NCBI RefSeq assembly: GCF_006345805.1
Contig: NC_043007.1
Span: 12,586,001-12,650,000 of the forward strand
DNA: 64,000 nt
Reading direction: 5' to 3'
Origin: Octopus sinensis
Taxonomy: Eukaryota
Part shown: in pieces, positions 1 through 12,029 of the stretch
Layout of the letters: every line of letters starts with the position of its first letter
Numbering within the stretch: position 1 is the stretch's first letter
The notes under the pieces: model-generated
Database searches by the model: none
Seen by the model: only the letters and a program-made list of their open reading frames with translations
What the model was told of the DNA's origin: nothing
Position numbers and translations under genes: made by a program

Positions 1-81
1 GTCAATACTGAATGAACAGATATATCAAAAGCATTCCATTTATGGCCATCCCATCTACTTACACATATATGCATATATATC

Positions 82-385
82 ATTATCATCATTATCATCG
101 TTGTTATTTAACGTCTGCTTTCCATGCTGGCATGGGTTTGACGGTTTGACTGAGGGCTGGCAAGCCAGAAGGCTGCACCAGGCTCCAATTTGATCTGGCA
201 AAGTTTCTACAGCTGGATGCCCTTCCGAACGCCAACCACTCCGAGAGTGTAGTGGGTGCATTTTACATGCCACTAGCACAAGACCCTTCTGGCAGCACTG
301 GAATTAGCCACGCTCAAATGGTACTTTTTACATGCCACCAAGACAGGAGCCAGTCAGACGGCATTGGCAATGACCATGCGCACAT
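82..385 (-). mobile_element. Family C retroelement (RTE-like (GAT)n tail), partial
   Basis: Reverse complement of family C core (TTAGGAAGGGCATCCAGCTGTAGAAAC...CCATGC(T/C)AGCATGG...GACGTTAAA(GAT)n); about 20 copies in window. Confidence 0.8.
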
Positions 386-429
386 ACATACATATACATG
401 CATTTATATATACATATATATATATATAC

Positions 430-800
430 ACATCATCATCATCATAGTTTAACGTCTGTTTTCCATCCTGGCATGGGTTGGACGGTTTGACTGAGGGCTG
501 GCAAACCAGGAGGCCACACCAGGCTCCAATCTGATCTGGTACTGTTTCTTCAGCTGGATGTCCTTTCTAACGCCAACCACTCCGAGGGTGTAGTGGGGGC
601 TTTTTACATGTCACTGGCACAGGAGCCAGTCAGGTGGCACTGGTATCGACATCATTCAGATGGCGCTTTTGATGTGCTACCAGCACAGGATCCAGTCGGG
701 GCGGAGGGACTGGCAACGACCATGTGCAGATGGTGCTTTTCACATGCCAACGGCACGGGGAGCCATTCAGGCGACACTGGCAACAAACCACGCATGAACG
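430..800 (-). mobile_element. Family C retroelement with hairpin-monomer array
   Basis: Same core plus several GCCAG..CTGGC / GTGCC..GGCAC monomers. Confidence 0.8.
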
Positions 801-1084
801 GTGCTTATTGCGTATATATACATACATACATATATATATATATACAAACATACACACACATATATATATATATATAATGCTATTTTCAGTTATTTTATTT
901 TGTTCTTTTTTTCTTGAATAAGAGAAATGTTCAGTGATGAGTTTTAATCCGGCTGATATTGATTTTAGCATCCATAATGTGAGAAGCTTGGAGCTCAATT
1001 CAATTAACTTGTAATGCTTCTCCCTTTCATCACAAAATAGGTTTAGTGTCAAGTTGAGAGAAATAGTGTTTTAATTGGTGTGAC

Positions 1085-1085
<1 letters not shown>

Positions 1086-1124
<39 letters not shown>

Positions 1125-1133
1125 TAATAATAA
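1086..1133. repeat. (AAT)n microsatellite
   Basis: Direct reading. Confidence 0.9.
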
Positions 1134-1294
1134 GATAATCCTTTTTACTATAGGTGTAAGATCTGAAATTTCAGAGCAATGGCGGGGGACTGGTCAGTTA
1201 CATCAATATCTGTGCTCAATTGGTACTTATATCATTAACCAGTTCGTTCATATAGTAAAATAAAAATAAAATGAAAAAAAGAGAAGAAAAAACA

Positions 1295-1352
1295 CGGTGC
1301 CCCAGCATGGCCACAGCTCGTGAGCTGAAACTAGATTAAAAAAAAAAAAAAT
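1295..1352 (+). mobile_element. Extremely 5'-truncated LINE tail
   Basis: GGTGCCCCAGCATGGCCACAGCTCGTGAGCTGAAACTAGA plus A-run; matches the LINE tail at about 15275-15335. Confidence 0.75.
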
Positions 1353-1380
1353 AGATGTTATTGGACTATTTTTTAATCCT

Positions 1381-1866
1381 TTATCTTTTACTTGTTTTAG
1401 TCATTAGACTGTGGCCATGCTGGGGCACTGCCTTGAAGAATTTGTAGCTGAATGTATCGACCCCAGTACCTTTTTCTTTTTTGTTTTTTTTTTTGAATTT
1501 TTTTTTTGAAGCATGATACTTATTCTATTGGTCTCATTTGTTGAATCGCTAAGTTATGGGGGCATAAACATACCAGCACCAGTTGTCAAGCAGTGGTGGG
1601 TGGGAACACAGACACAAACACACACATACCCACATATATATATGTATGTGTGTGTGTGTGACAAACACAGACACACAAACACACAGATATATATACACAC
1701 ACATACATATACAACGGGCTTCTTTCAGTTTCCATCTGCCAAATCCACTCACAAAGCTTTGGTCAACCTGAGGTTATAGTAGAAGAGACTTGCCCAAGGT
1801 GCCACGCAGTGGGACTGAACCTGGAACCATATGGTTGGGAAGCAAACTTCTTACCTCATAGCCATA
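1381..1866 (-). mobile_element. SINE family A (tRNA-derived, internal TA/TG tract)
   Basis: Similarity to intact copy 3992-4390. Confidence 0.8.
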
Positions 1867-2559
1867 CCTAAGCTATGTAAAGATAAGGGTAGATGGAATA
1901 AAGCCATTATGCAGAATATTAAAATATATTAAAAAAAATTTTTCAGGGCTTTTTTTGTTTTTTGAAATTACATAAAACAAATACAGATGAAAATAAATTT
2001 TAAAAAAGACTATTTGAAATTAAAATTCAAGATTATTTTAATGTAAAATTAGAATTGAAAGAAAATATCAAAATTTAATATAATTATGGATTCAATTTAA
2101 TTCCATGTTCTTAAATTCAGATCCAAACGAACATTTAATGGAATGAATATAAGTTAAGTTATAGGAATGTAGCTCGACATTTTTTTACAGTAAAGCTCTT
2201 TAGCGATCGCTTAATTCATTGATCAAGTTAATTACGATGTGAAAGGAGATTAAATATTATTTATCCATTTGATGACAGTGCTGCTGCTGCTGCTGTTGTT
2301 GGTGTGGTGGGTGGTGGTGGTAATTTTAGCATTCTTTTTATTTGTTTCTCAATATTTTTCTTTTTTATTTATTTGATTGACTATTGATTGTTTGATTGAT
2401 TGACTGATTGATTTTGATTTTCTCATAGCTGATACCAAACTATTTAAAATACATTCAGTTTGACATCAAATAAAATTAAATTTCAACTCAATTCTATTTC
2501 AGTTCCTTTATTCTATGTTGTGTGTGTGTATGCGTGCGTATTTGTATGTTTGTATATAC

Positions 2560-3077
2560 CTGTTGAGGCAAGTGAAAATCAAACCAAATCAAAATAGATG
2601 AACATCAATGGAATTTGTATCTTTGTGGTACCAGTGCCGGTGGCACATAAGAAAACCATCCGAACGTGGCCGTAGCCATAACCGCATCAACTGGCCTCCG
2701 TGCTGTGGGCACGTAACAAACACCATCCGATCATGGCCGTTCGCCAGCCTCGTCTGGCACCTGTGTCGGTGGCACATGAAAAAAAAAAAAAAACACCATC
2801 CAAGCGTGGCCGTTCGCCAGCCTCGTCTGGCACCTGTGTCGGTGGCACATAAAAAACACCATCCGAGCGTGGCTGTTCGCCAGCCTCGTCTGGCACCTGT
2901 GTTGGTGGCACATAAAATCACCCACTACACTCTCGGAGTGGTTGGCGTTAGGAAGGGCATCCAGCTGTAGAAACACTGCCAGATCTGACTGGCCTGGTGC
3001 AGCCTTCGGGCTCCCCAGACCCCAGTTGAACCGTCCAACCCATGCTAGCATGGAAAGCGGACGTTAAACGATGATGA
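2560..3077 (+). mobile_element. Family C retroelement, long copy with about 63-bp monomer array
   Basis: Tandem monomers GTGGCACATAAAAAACACCATCCGAGCGTGGCCGTTCGCCAGCCTCGTCTGGCACC, then core and GACGTTAAACGATGATGAT tail. Confidence 0.85.
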
Positions 3078-3201
3078 TATATATATATACCCCAACCACC
3101 ACTACAAAGTTCCTGCAATAAATCTACAGATAACAACATGTAATCGAAACTGTGCCGGTGCTTTACTCATCATCCATTTGTACATTTTGTATAATTTCTC
3201 C

Positions 3202-3246
<45 letters not shown>

Positions 3247-3250
<4 letters not shown>

Positions 3251-3573
3251 AGCACTCCATCGGTTACGACAGCGAGGGTCCCAGCTGATATGATCAACGG
3301 AACAGCTTGCTCATGAAATTAATGTGCAAGTGACTGAGAAATCCACAGACACGTGTACCCCTAACGCAGTTCTCAGGGAGATTCAGCGTGCCATAGAGTG
3401 TGACAAGGCCGGCCCTTTGAAATACAGGTACTACTCGTTTTTGCCAGCTGAGTGGACTGGAGCAATGTGACGTAACGTGTCTTGCTCGAGGACACAACGC
3501 ATTGCCGGGAAATGAACTCACGACCTTACGATCATGAGCCGAATGCCCTAACCACTGAACCACGTGCCTTCAC
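3247..3573 (-). mobile_element. SINE family G (tRNA head, CORE-like box, tail type 1)
   Basis: Minus strand GGCACGTGGTTCAGTGGTTAGGGC (A box), GTGAGTTCATTTCCC (B box), then TGTGTCCTCGAGCAAGACAC; embedded in (TA)n. Confidence 0.8.
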
Positions 3574-3574
3574 A

Positions 3575-3651
3575 CACACATATATATATATACATACACA
3601 CACACACACACACATACATATATATGTATATATATACACACACACGTGTAT

Positions 3652-3707
<56 letters not shown>

Positions 3708-3715
3708 TATACAAT

Positions 3716-3757
<42 letters not shown>

Positions 3758-3820
3758 TATACAATTGTGTATATATATATATATATATATACAGTTGTGT
3801 ATATATATATATATATATAT
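3575..3820. repeat. Compound (CA)n/(TA)n tract with CAATTG-interrupted higher-order units
   Basis: Direct reading. Confidence 0.85.
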
Positions 3821-3940
3821 CAGCTGTAGAAACATCACCAGATCAGACTGGAGCCTGGTGCAGCCTCCTGGCTTCCCAGACCCTGGTCGAACCGTCCAAC
3901 CCATGCTAGCACGGAGAACGGACGTTAAATGATGACATTA

Positions 3941-3988
<48 letters not shown>

Positions 3989-3991
3989 ACA

Positions 3992-4390
3992 GGCGCAGGA
4001 GTGGCTGTGTGGTAAGTAACTTGCTAACCAACCACATGGTTCCGGGTTCAGTCCCACTGCGTGGCATCTTGGGCAAGTGTCTTCTGCTATAGCCCCGGAC
4101 CGACCAATGCCTTGTGAGTGGATTTGGTAGACGGAAACTGAAAGAAGCCTGTCGTATATATGTATATATATATGTATGTTTGTGTGTCTGTGTTTGTCCC
4201 CCTAGCATTGCTTGACAACCGATGCTGGTGTGTTTACGTCCCCGTCACTTAGCGGTTCGGCAAAAAGAGACCGATAGAATAAGTACTGGGCTTACAAAAA
4301 GAATAAGTCCCGGGGTCGAGTTGCTCGACTAAAGGCGGTGCTCCAGCATGGCCGCAGTCAAATGACTGAAACAAGTAAAAGAGTAAAGAG
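3992..4390 (+). mobile_element. SINE family A, intact reference copy
   Basis: GGCGCAGGAGTGGCTGTGTGGTAAG (A box), GGGTTCAGTCCC (B box), internal (TA)/(TG) tract, 3' CAGTC-AAAT-GACTG stem-loop and AAGAGTA repeats. Confidence 0.9.
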
Positions 4391-4422
<32 letters not shown>

Positions 4423-4744
4423 CATATATACTTACACACACACACACACACACATAATTTCAGTGAATAAATTATCAGTTGAACTTATAAAAAAACACAA
4501 TCATTTGTATGATTAACTTTTTTTTATTTAATTTTTATTATTTTTCTAAATTTTATCGATTCAATTGTTTCTAATTCCTTTACTTGTTCGTTTAATTTTA
4601 TTCATTTATAATATTTTTTTACTCTTACATATTTATTTGTTTTATTTTTTTTTCCTTTTTCTCTTTGAAGTAATTTTTTTTATTTACTTTTCCTTTTGTT
4701 TGTTATTCATTTGTTTTACTTATTGTTATTAGTGCCCGAAAGTT

Positions 4745-4883
4745 TCAACCAATCAGCGACCGTCTTTTATCGTCCACTCGACTCTCCACTTTCAAACCTC
4801 AACTTGCAGCCATTTTTCATACATGAGACTTTTCAATTTAGTTACCTAAAATTTCTCTGGACTGACTACTTTATTAGGTAAGT
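4745..4883 (+). promoter_or_regulatory. Candidate TATA-less promoter / non-coding first exon
   Basis: CCAATCAG 4749-4756, YY1-like GCCATTTTT 4809-4817, consensus donor AG|GTAAGT at 4878, CpG retained locally. Confidence 0.4.
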
Positions 4884-6654
4884 TATTTGAAACACTTTCT
4901 TCACCCCACAGAAAAAGCATAAGCTTCCCTTTTTCTCCCGCCATTGAGCATAACTGCTGTTATATCGCTAGATCTCTGCAAGCAGTTGTAATAATTCGCG
5001 CTAATTACTTTTTTTCTCTCTATTCCTTCACTAACACACAGACACACGGACACACACACAGAAATATCTGTTATTAAAATATTTCTGATATATTTCTTTA
5101 AATTGCTTCGCTGTCACTAACATTCTGTGTCATGTTATTTTATTTCTAGACTTTTCCGCTGCGCATATTGTATTTTTTTATTCGTTTTTCTGCTCCATAA
5201 AGACTACTTTATTCATGTTTGCTCCACATTTTTAAATGAAATGTTTATAAGTTCAACCTCACAATTAATCATCGAACATCTCTCCGCCTGTCTAACTCTC
5301 TTCTTGTGTTATAAATCATTTAAAATCACAATAGTGTATAAATTAACAACATCCAGTGCTAAATTATTGGAAGCATGCTCTAATAATTTTTCTCCTTAAA
5401 TGTTTAATTATAAATCACTAACTTCCACAAAACTTTGTCACGTTGTTTGCGGTCACACCTATTTTCTTAATGCACCCCCCCCCCAGCCTCGATGTTTCTT
5501 CTCTTGGCCTTTTATTTATTTATTCATTTTATTTATTCCATTTTCTTAAAAATACAAACAATATGGATTTTTTAAAAATTAGGATTCAAAAATATTAAGA
5601 AAATTTCGTTACTTTTAAAACAAAGAACAAGCTGTCTTGTTGAAAAATAATGTCTTTCATCAACATTACAAATCGTAAGGAATAGTCAGTCAGTCCTAGG
5701 TCAGCTCTGATCAAGCTGATCTATGTGCGATCAAAGGCGTTCTGGCCGTGACCATCTCGTCCTTATTTGTCAGAGATACTACATCGTGTTGAGAACTTTT
5801 AAAAAAAACCTGTTCTGTGTAGTTTGAGGGAAATTGTTATTTATTTCTCACTTCAATAGACTGCGTAGAGGTTTCTTAGTGACATTTGATGGCTGTGCTG
5901 TTTTTCTTTTGTATTAAACCCCTTAGGGCATTTGAATTTAATCTTTTGTCTGCTCCAAATGTTTCTTTAAAGCTGTCGGTTTTTTTTTGTGTGTTCGGGT
6001 GGGGTAAAAATGTTTTAATTTGTGACAGTGTATCGTTATAGTTTGTTTAATTTAGCTTCTTTTCTTTAAAACATCTCTGCCCATGCAGCAACAGTTTTTT
6101 TTAAATTGTAGTTAGATATTGTATGAAGGAAAAATTAGATAAAACTAGACAAATTTCACTTAAAACACTAATACTTTTACATTCCATGTAATCTAGATAT
6201 TTTTGCGGCTTGTATAATTTGTTACTGTGTCAAAATTGCATTGTAGAAACAGGTAGAATCAACTTTCTTTCTGATCCCCCCCACTTTTCAATAAATTAAT
6301 CGGAAGAGGGATGTGGCGGTTGTTTTAAACAAGAAGAAATCCACTTTTTAATTCGTTCCTTTATTATGCATCTTAATTGGAAAATATGTAATTGGACATT
6401 TTCATTTCTGTTCCCCAACCTTTCGAATTGGCAAAATTAAAAATTTTTAAAAATCGGATTGTAAAAGAACAATCCCTATGTGTATATTTAATAGCTGTTG
6501 TTTAAGCCCCACCCTTATAAAGTCTGCCCTGATTGAGTACAAATGTGATCAGATATATTCATTCCAGTTATATCCATTTCGCCCTTTCGTGCAGGAACCA
6601 CGTTGTCCTACGTCTCATTTAGAAGCATAAAAATAGAAATCTGTGTAGTGTATT

Positions 6655-6788
6655 CGAGGGGGGAAATTCGGCTGCTGTTTTGTTACACGCTGTAAATAAA
6701 ACAAAAGCTTCCTCCTTTATCGCCGGTTCTGCCGGGCGAAGAGGATGTGAATGTTTACAACAGTATTACGTCTTACAACGAAGTAAGC
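6655..6788 (+). promoter_or_regulatory. CpG-rich patch ending in donor AA|GTAAGC; possible alternative first exon
   Basis: Local CpG density; GT at 6783. Confidence 0.25.
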
Positions 6789-7151
6789 GATTTCTACGAA
6801 GTTTAAATCAGATCCAATCAATAATTGCGATCTCATTGATGAACAGTGACTTCCGCTTAGTTTCTTGGAAATTACAAGCTGTTCCAAAGAAGCCAGAATT
6901 TCCCCCCTTTTTTTTTTTTACTTTGTTCTACATCGTTTTATTTTTCGATTATAGAGCATAGAGCATCTAGGATTACATTATCCAATGTATCCCTGCTACT
7001 TTTTTTTTTTATTAACATGGTGTGAATTAATAGGGGTTAGGTTGTTATTTCTAGCAAGCTGTGCGATTCCCTTAGAAAACCTCGTTTGTTTCATGTGTGT
7101 GTATGTAGGGGAGGGCGATAACATACAGCTGGAACAAATAAGCCCCTATAT

Positions 7152-7207
<56 letters not shown>

Positions 7208-7305
7208 TCTCCCTTTTCATATGAAATTATTTTCCTAACAGGAATTTCAGGTAACGGCCACATTAGTAGAATTTAGACGCACGTTTTGTTGTTGTTGTTG
7301 TTGTT

Positions 7306-7775
7306 AAGGTGGCGAGTTGACAGGTCCATTAGCATGCCGGAGAAAATGCTTAGTGACATTTCGTCCGCCTTTACGTTCCGAGTTCAATTTCCGCCGAGGT
7401 CGACTTTGCCTGTCATCCTTTCGAGGTCGATAAAATAAGTACCAGTTGAGCACAAGAGTCGATGCAATCCACTACTGTCCACTACCCCCAAATTCCCGGC
7501 CTTGTGTTTATAGTAGAAAGGATTATTATTATTATTATTGAGGTGGCAACCTGGTAAAATCGTTAGCATGTCAGACAAAATACTTAACGGCGCTTCGTTC
7601 GTCTTTACGTTCAGAGTTCAAATTCCACCGAAGTCGGCTTTGCTTTTAATCCTTTCGGGGTCGGTAAAGTAAGTACCAGTCAAATACTAGGGGTCGATGC
7701 AATCGACCAGCCCCCTCCTCCCCTAAAATTTCAGGTCTTATGCCTATAGTAGAAAGGATTATTGTTATTATTATT
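7306..7775 (+). mobile_element. Two head-to-tail SINE B copies (tail variant ending in (TTA)n)
   Basis: AAGGTGGCGAGTTGACAG head, GAGTTCAA B box, GGTCGA motifs; second copy starts in the first copy's TTA tail. Confidence 0.8.
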
Positions 7776-8339
7776 AATTAACACACCTAACCAGTGTTAT
7801 AAAGTGTTCCACGGAATGATATGTATTTTTACAGCATTCCATATGTATTAACATTCTTTTCTTTCAAGTAGTGCAAGATTATTTTTATTTGTCATACTCC
7901 ATCAATTGCTGGAATGTCACCTTGGGGTCAGTTAGTTACCAGTAGTAACGCACAGCCATTCAGAGTTAGAAAACTAACGCCTCTTTATACTCGACTGCCC
8001 ACCCTACACCGACCGCCTCTCCACCGTTCATACCTTTCTACTATACAAGTGGAACGGGCAGGGAAGTTTTTGAGCCAAAATACCTCACAGATATAAGGTT
8101 ACTGTGTTTAGACTGCTGTCCTTAGCTTCTTGCCTCTTTTGATTAACGAATATCTATCTGCGCCGCTTTGGAAATCTTTTTATTTTTATCGTTGGCTGAT
8201 GGCAGGGCAACTGTCAGGAAATTAATGAGAGGGTTGTCCTGAAAGAAATTAACAGTTAGTTACACTTATTGTCTTGGTGGAGAAATTAATGAACCCTGCT
8301 TGATAAATCTTTTTTTTGCTTTTCCCACCACCACCACTA

Positions 8340-8555
8340 ACGCCACCACCTCACTTGGCATACGTTCACGGCACGTTTTGTATTGACTAAGCTTGAATGG
8401 TAAGAAATAAATAAATAAATATAGCTATAGTACACTTTCATGCCATTGAGATTTCTTTTTCTCTTCGCCCTCCTCTCCGGCGTGTGCGCGCGCGCGGATT
8501 TTATATATGTTGATAAATGGCGGGAGAGGGGGCATCACTCTCGAGCATTTCGTGT
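8340..8555. promoter_or_regulatory. CpG island-like patch with YY1-like AAATGGCGG and (GC)n
   Basis: GTGTGCGCGCGCGCGG, AAATGGCGGG near 8516-8525; donor ATG|GTAAGA at 8400. Confidence 0.35.
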
Positions 8556-9761
8556 AAAGATCAATAGAAGGCTACGTTCATTTTTATTTATATATATTTT
8601 TTTTTACCTTTTCTAATGAATTACATTCCTAAGTCAGGACACACCTATAATACTATAACAGAAGCTTGTAACGAGTAAAAGGTGGGCAGCAAGTTAAGCA
8701 GACAAGCAATTTATAAAGGAAATCTGATAATATCCTCTGTAAAGATGTTTCTTTTTATGGTATAATTATTTAACTTTTTTTGTTTGTTTGTTTTTTTTTA
8801 ATTATTATTTCGAAACCTGTAAATACCATACAGTCAGTTGCTGGATATTACCAATGAAATATATAATTGAAGATGTTTGTCAATTATCGAATGAATTTAT
8901 TGCCTGTGAGGAGACTTCTTGAAAGGAAAGGTCAATAAAATAAAATTTTAAAAATGACCAATCTTTTTTTTTTTTTTGAAATCTTCACAGCATCTAATAT
9001 TTTTTTTTTTTGCGTAGTATAGGTTAAGATATTAATAAATTGTATATTTAGTTGTGAGCTTAAAATTTAAACAGGCCTCTGTGTGACTACTTCAATAAAT
9101 AATAAATCTACTCCACTGTCTTTAAAACAAACGCATTGGACTATGACTATACAAAATCGTCTCTAATCGAGGTTGATTCGGGATTTCTCACTAAATATCC
9201 TAGTTTTAAAGACAATAGTGAAATCAGAGCAAATTAGACAACTTTAGTTTGTCCTTTGAGTACTTTTAGGTGTCACACACACACAAGGCATACAAACATG
9301 TATCTCTCTGGTTGGGTTTCAGTCATTAGACTGCAGTCATGATGGGGTACCGCCTTGAAGGATTTAGTCGAACAAACTGACCCCAGGACTTTTTTTTTTT
9401 AAAGTCTGTTATTTATTCTATCAGTCACTTTCGATGAACTGCTAAGCTACAGGGACATAAACAAACCGACACTGGTTAAGTGCTGGTGGGACAAATACAA
9501 ACGATTGTATGGACACAGTTCCTGTCTGCCAGATTCACTTGAAAAGACATTGGTCAACTGGGACTGTAGTAGAAGACACTCTAGGTAAGACTGAACTTGA
9601 AACCTTGAGCTCAGAGCAGTGCACTCAGGCATTTTTTTAAAACCAAAAGCTTCTATACTCTTATCCTATAACACTGCGACAAAACAGAATTGATGAAGTA
9701 AAGAGTCTGAGTTCAAATTCAGCTAAAGTCGGACACTTGAAGACATTCAAAAGAAAATACC

Positions 9762-9995
9762 TATTTCTTTACTACCCACAAGGGGCTAAACACAGAGAGG
9801 ACAAATAAGGACTGACAAACGGATTAAGTTGATTATATCGACTCCAGTGCGTAACTGGTACTTATTTAATCGACCGCGAAAGGATGAAAGGCAAAGTCGA
9901 CCTCGTCGGAATTTGAACTCAGAATATAGCGGCAGACGAAATACTGCTAAGCATTTCGCCCGGTGTGCTAACGTTTCTGCCAGCTCGCCACCTTA
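9762..9995 (-). mobile_element. SINE B monomer with 18-bp TSD
   Basis: TSD CATTCAAAAGAAAATACC at 9744-9761 and 9999-10016. Confidence 0.9.
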
Positions 9996-10631
9996 AGGCA
10001 TTCAAAAGAAAATACCATTAAATTTTATTGTAAGCAGAAATGTAAAAGACAAATTCCACTAAATTCATGCTGTTCCAGCAATAAATTATTTCAGTACAGA
10101 AAGGCCAGAAACATGTTGTAGTTTATTTGTTTAACAAATTGATTAATGGAATTTATTATGTTGTAGCTCGATTGTAGGTCTACTTGATAGAAGCTGACCA
10201 GGACCTCTCAGCAACAACAAGCACTCATACACTGTTTATAATATGCAGTTTTATGATCTGTAGTTATGGATCAGAAAAAGAAGAATGTCATTGCTTGTTT
10301 CCGCAACAGCTTCAGCCACGGTATTAAACGGTAATACTAGCTTTTAGAACATTGACATTGTTGACACTTTAGTGAGTTCTGAGTATTTTTTTGGCTTATT
10401 TAATTCTTCCAGGTTTAGTCTATTTGCTCTTAGACTTGTTGGTTTATACTGTTAAGCATTAGTAAATATTTGTCTGTGGCAAGAGGAAATAATGTCACTT
10501 TGGTTGAGTGGATAGGATGTTAGATCTGGTTTTTATTTTCCTCAACTAGTGTTGTATTGTGTGGCCTGAGGATGAAATCTTGTCTTGTTTTATTTAGCAG
10601 CTTGATAGGGACTACAAAACAGTAAAATATA

Positions 10632-11220
10632 TATTTCTTTACTACCCACAAGGGGCTAAACATAGAGGGGACAAACAAGGACAGACAAATGAATTAAGTT
10701 GATTACATTGACCCCAGTGCGTAACTGGTACTTTATTTAATTGACCCCAAAAGGATGAAAGGCAAAGTCGACCTCGGCGGAATTTGAACCCAGAACGTAA
10801 TGACAGACGAAATACCTATTTCTTTACTACCCACAAGGGGCTAAACATAGAGGGGACAAACAAGGACAGACAAATGAATTAAGTTGATTACATTGACCCC
10901 AGTGCGTAACTGGTACTTTATTTAATTGACCCCAAAAGGATGAAAGGCAAAGTCGACCTCGGCGGAATTTGAACCCAGAACGTAATGACAGACGAAATAC
11001 CTATTTCTTTACTACCCACAAGGGGCTAAACACAGAGGGGACAAACGGATTAAGTTGATTACGTTGACCCCAGTGCAAAACTGGTACTTTATTTATCGAC
11101 CCTGAAAAGATGAAAGGCAAAGTCGATCTCGGCGGAATTTGAACTCAGAACATAATGACAGACGAAATACGGCTACGTATTTTGCCCGGCATGCTAACGT
11201 TTCTGCCAGCTCGCCGCCTT
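10632..11220 (-). mobile_element. SINE B trimer (one headed plus two 185-bp headless units) with 17-bp TSD
   Basis: Units start 10632, 10817, 11002; TSD CAAAACAGTAAAATATA at 10615-10631 and 11223-11239. Confidence 0.9.
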
Positions 11221-11434
11221 TTCAAAACAGTAAAATATAAGCAAACTAGTTTGACTGTTATGTAAATAATTAAGGTTTTCGATTGAACTTCTTTCAAAAG
11301 AACAAAGAAATGTTGTGAAAGATCCTTTCTGCTACAAAAAAATATCCTTAGAATTATTCCATTCTTTGTTGGTCGTTATTTCTAAGAATGTGTCAGAGTA
11401 TTGCTTTACTACACATTTAACTGAAAATGTACTT

Positions 11435-11657
11435 CTCCACTTCAGAGTATTCTGTCAAATATACTGCTAATTTGTGGGCATTATTTTGAATTATCCATGC
11501 ATTATCTTGTAGCTTTGAGATTTCAATTGCTTTGTGATTGCTTATTTTTAGAATAATATTGGAGGTTAAGTGTGAGAGGCCGGATCTGACCAGTTTGAAC
11601 ATAAAACAGGTAGAATATTTGGGTTGGATATGGCTGGTTTAAATGCTAAGGGGATAA
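11435..11657 (-). mobile_element. Decayed piggyBac-like MITE family H
   Basis: Homologous to 44493-44707; degenerate end AATGCTAAGGGGATAA. Confidence 0.6.
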
Positions 11658-11797
11658 TCTATTAGGGTTCACTAGTATCTGTATTGTTAGGGTACCATTT
11701 TGTCTGGGAGTAGGTAAACACATGCTGATAACACACTTGTTTTAATTTAACCAATTTTTTTCCTATGGTACCAATCGATCCTGTAGCTTATATAGTA

Positions 11798-12029
11798 TTA
11801 ACCCTTTCGTTACTGTATTTCTTTTGAGATGCTCTATGTTTTTTTTTTTTAATTTCTTTAAATATAACAAAGAATTTAGTAAAATAACTTAGTTATCATT
11901 AAGCTAGTGTTAGAAACATAAATTGTGATTGAGGTTTGGTGGAAGATTTTAATTCAGAACTTACGAAAACAAGACATTGTACTACAGAGCCAGAGGGAGT
12001 TTCAGCCGGGTTGGTAATGAAAGGGTTAA
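11798..12029 (-). mobile_element. piggyBac-type MITE family D
   Basis: TTAA-CCCTTTCGTTAC...GTAATGAAAGGG-TTAA. Confidence 0.85.

Noticed and set aside
2735-2770. Resemblance of CCAGCCTCGTCTGGC to the HDV ribozyme P3/L3 region
   Set aside because: I could not find P1, P1.1 and P2 partners for the nested double pseudoknot
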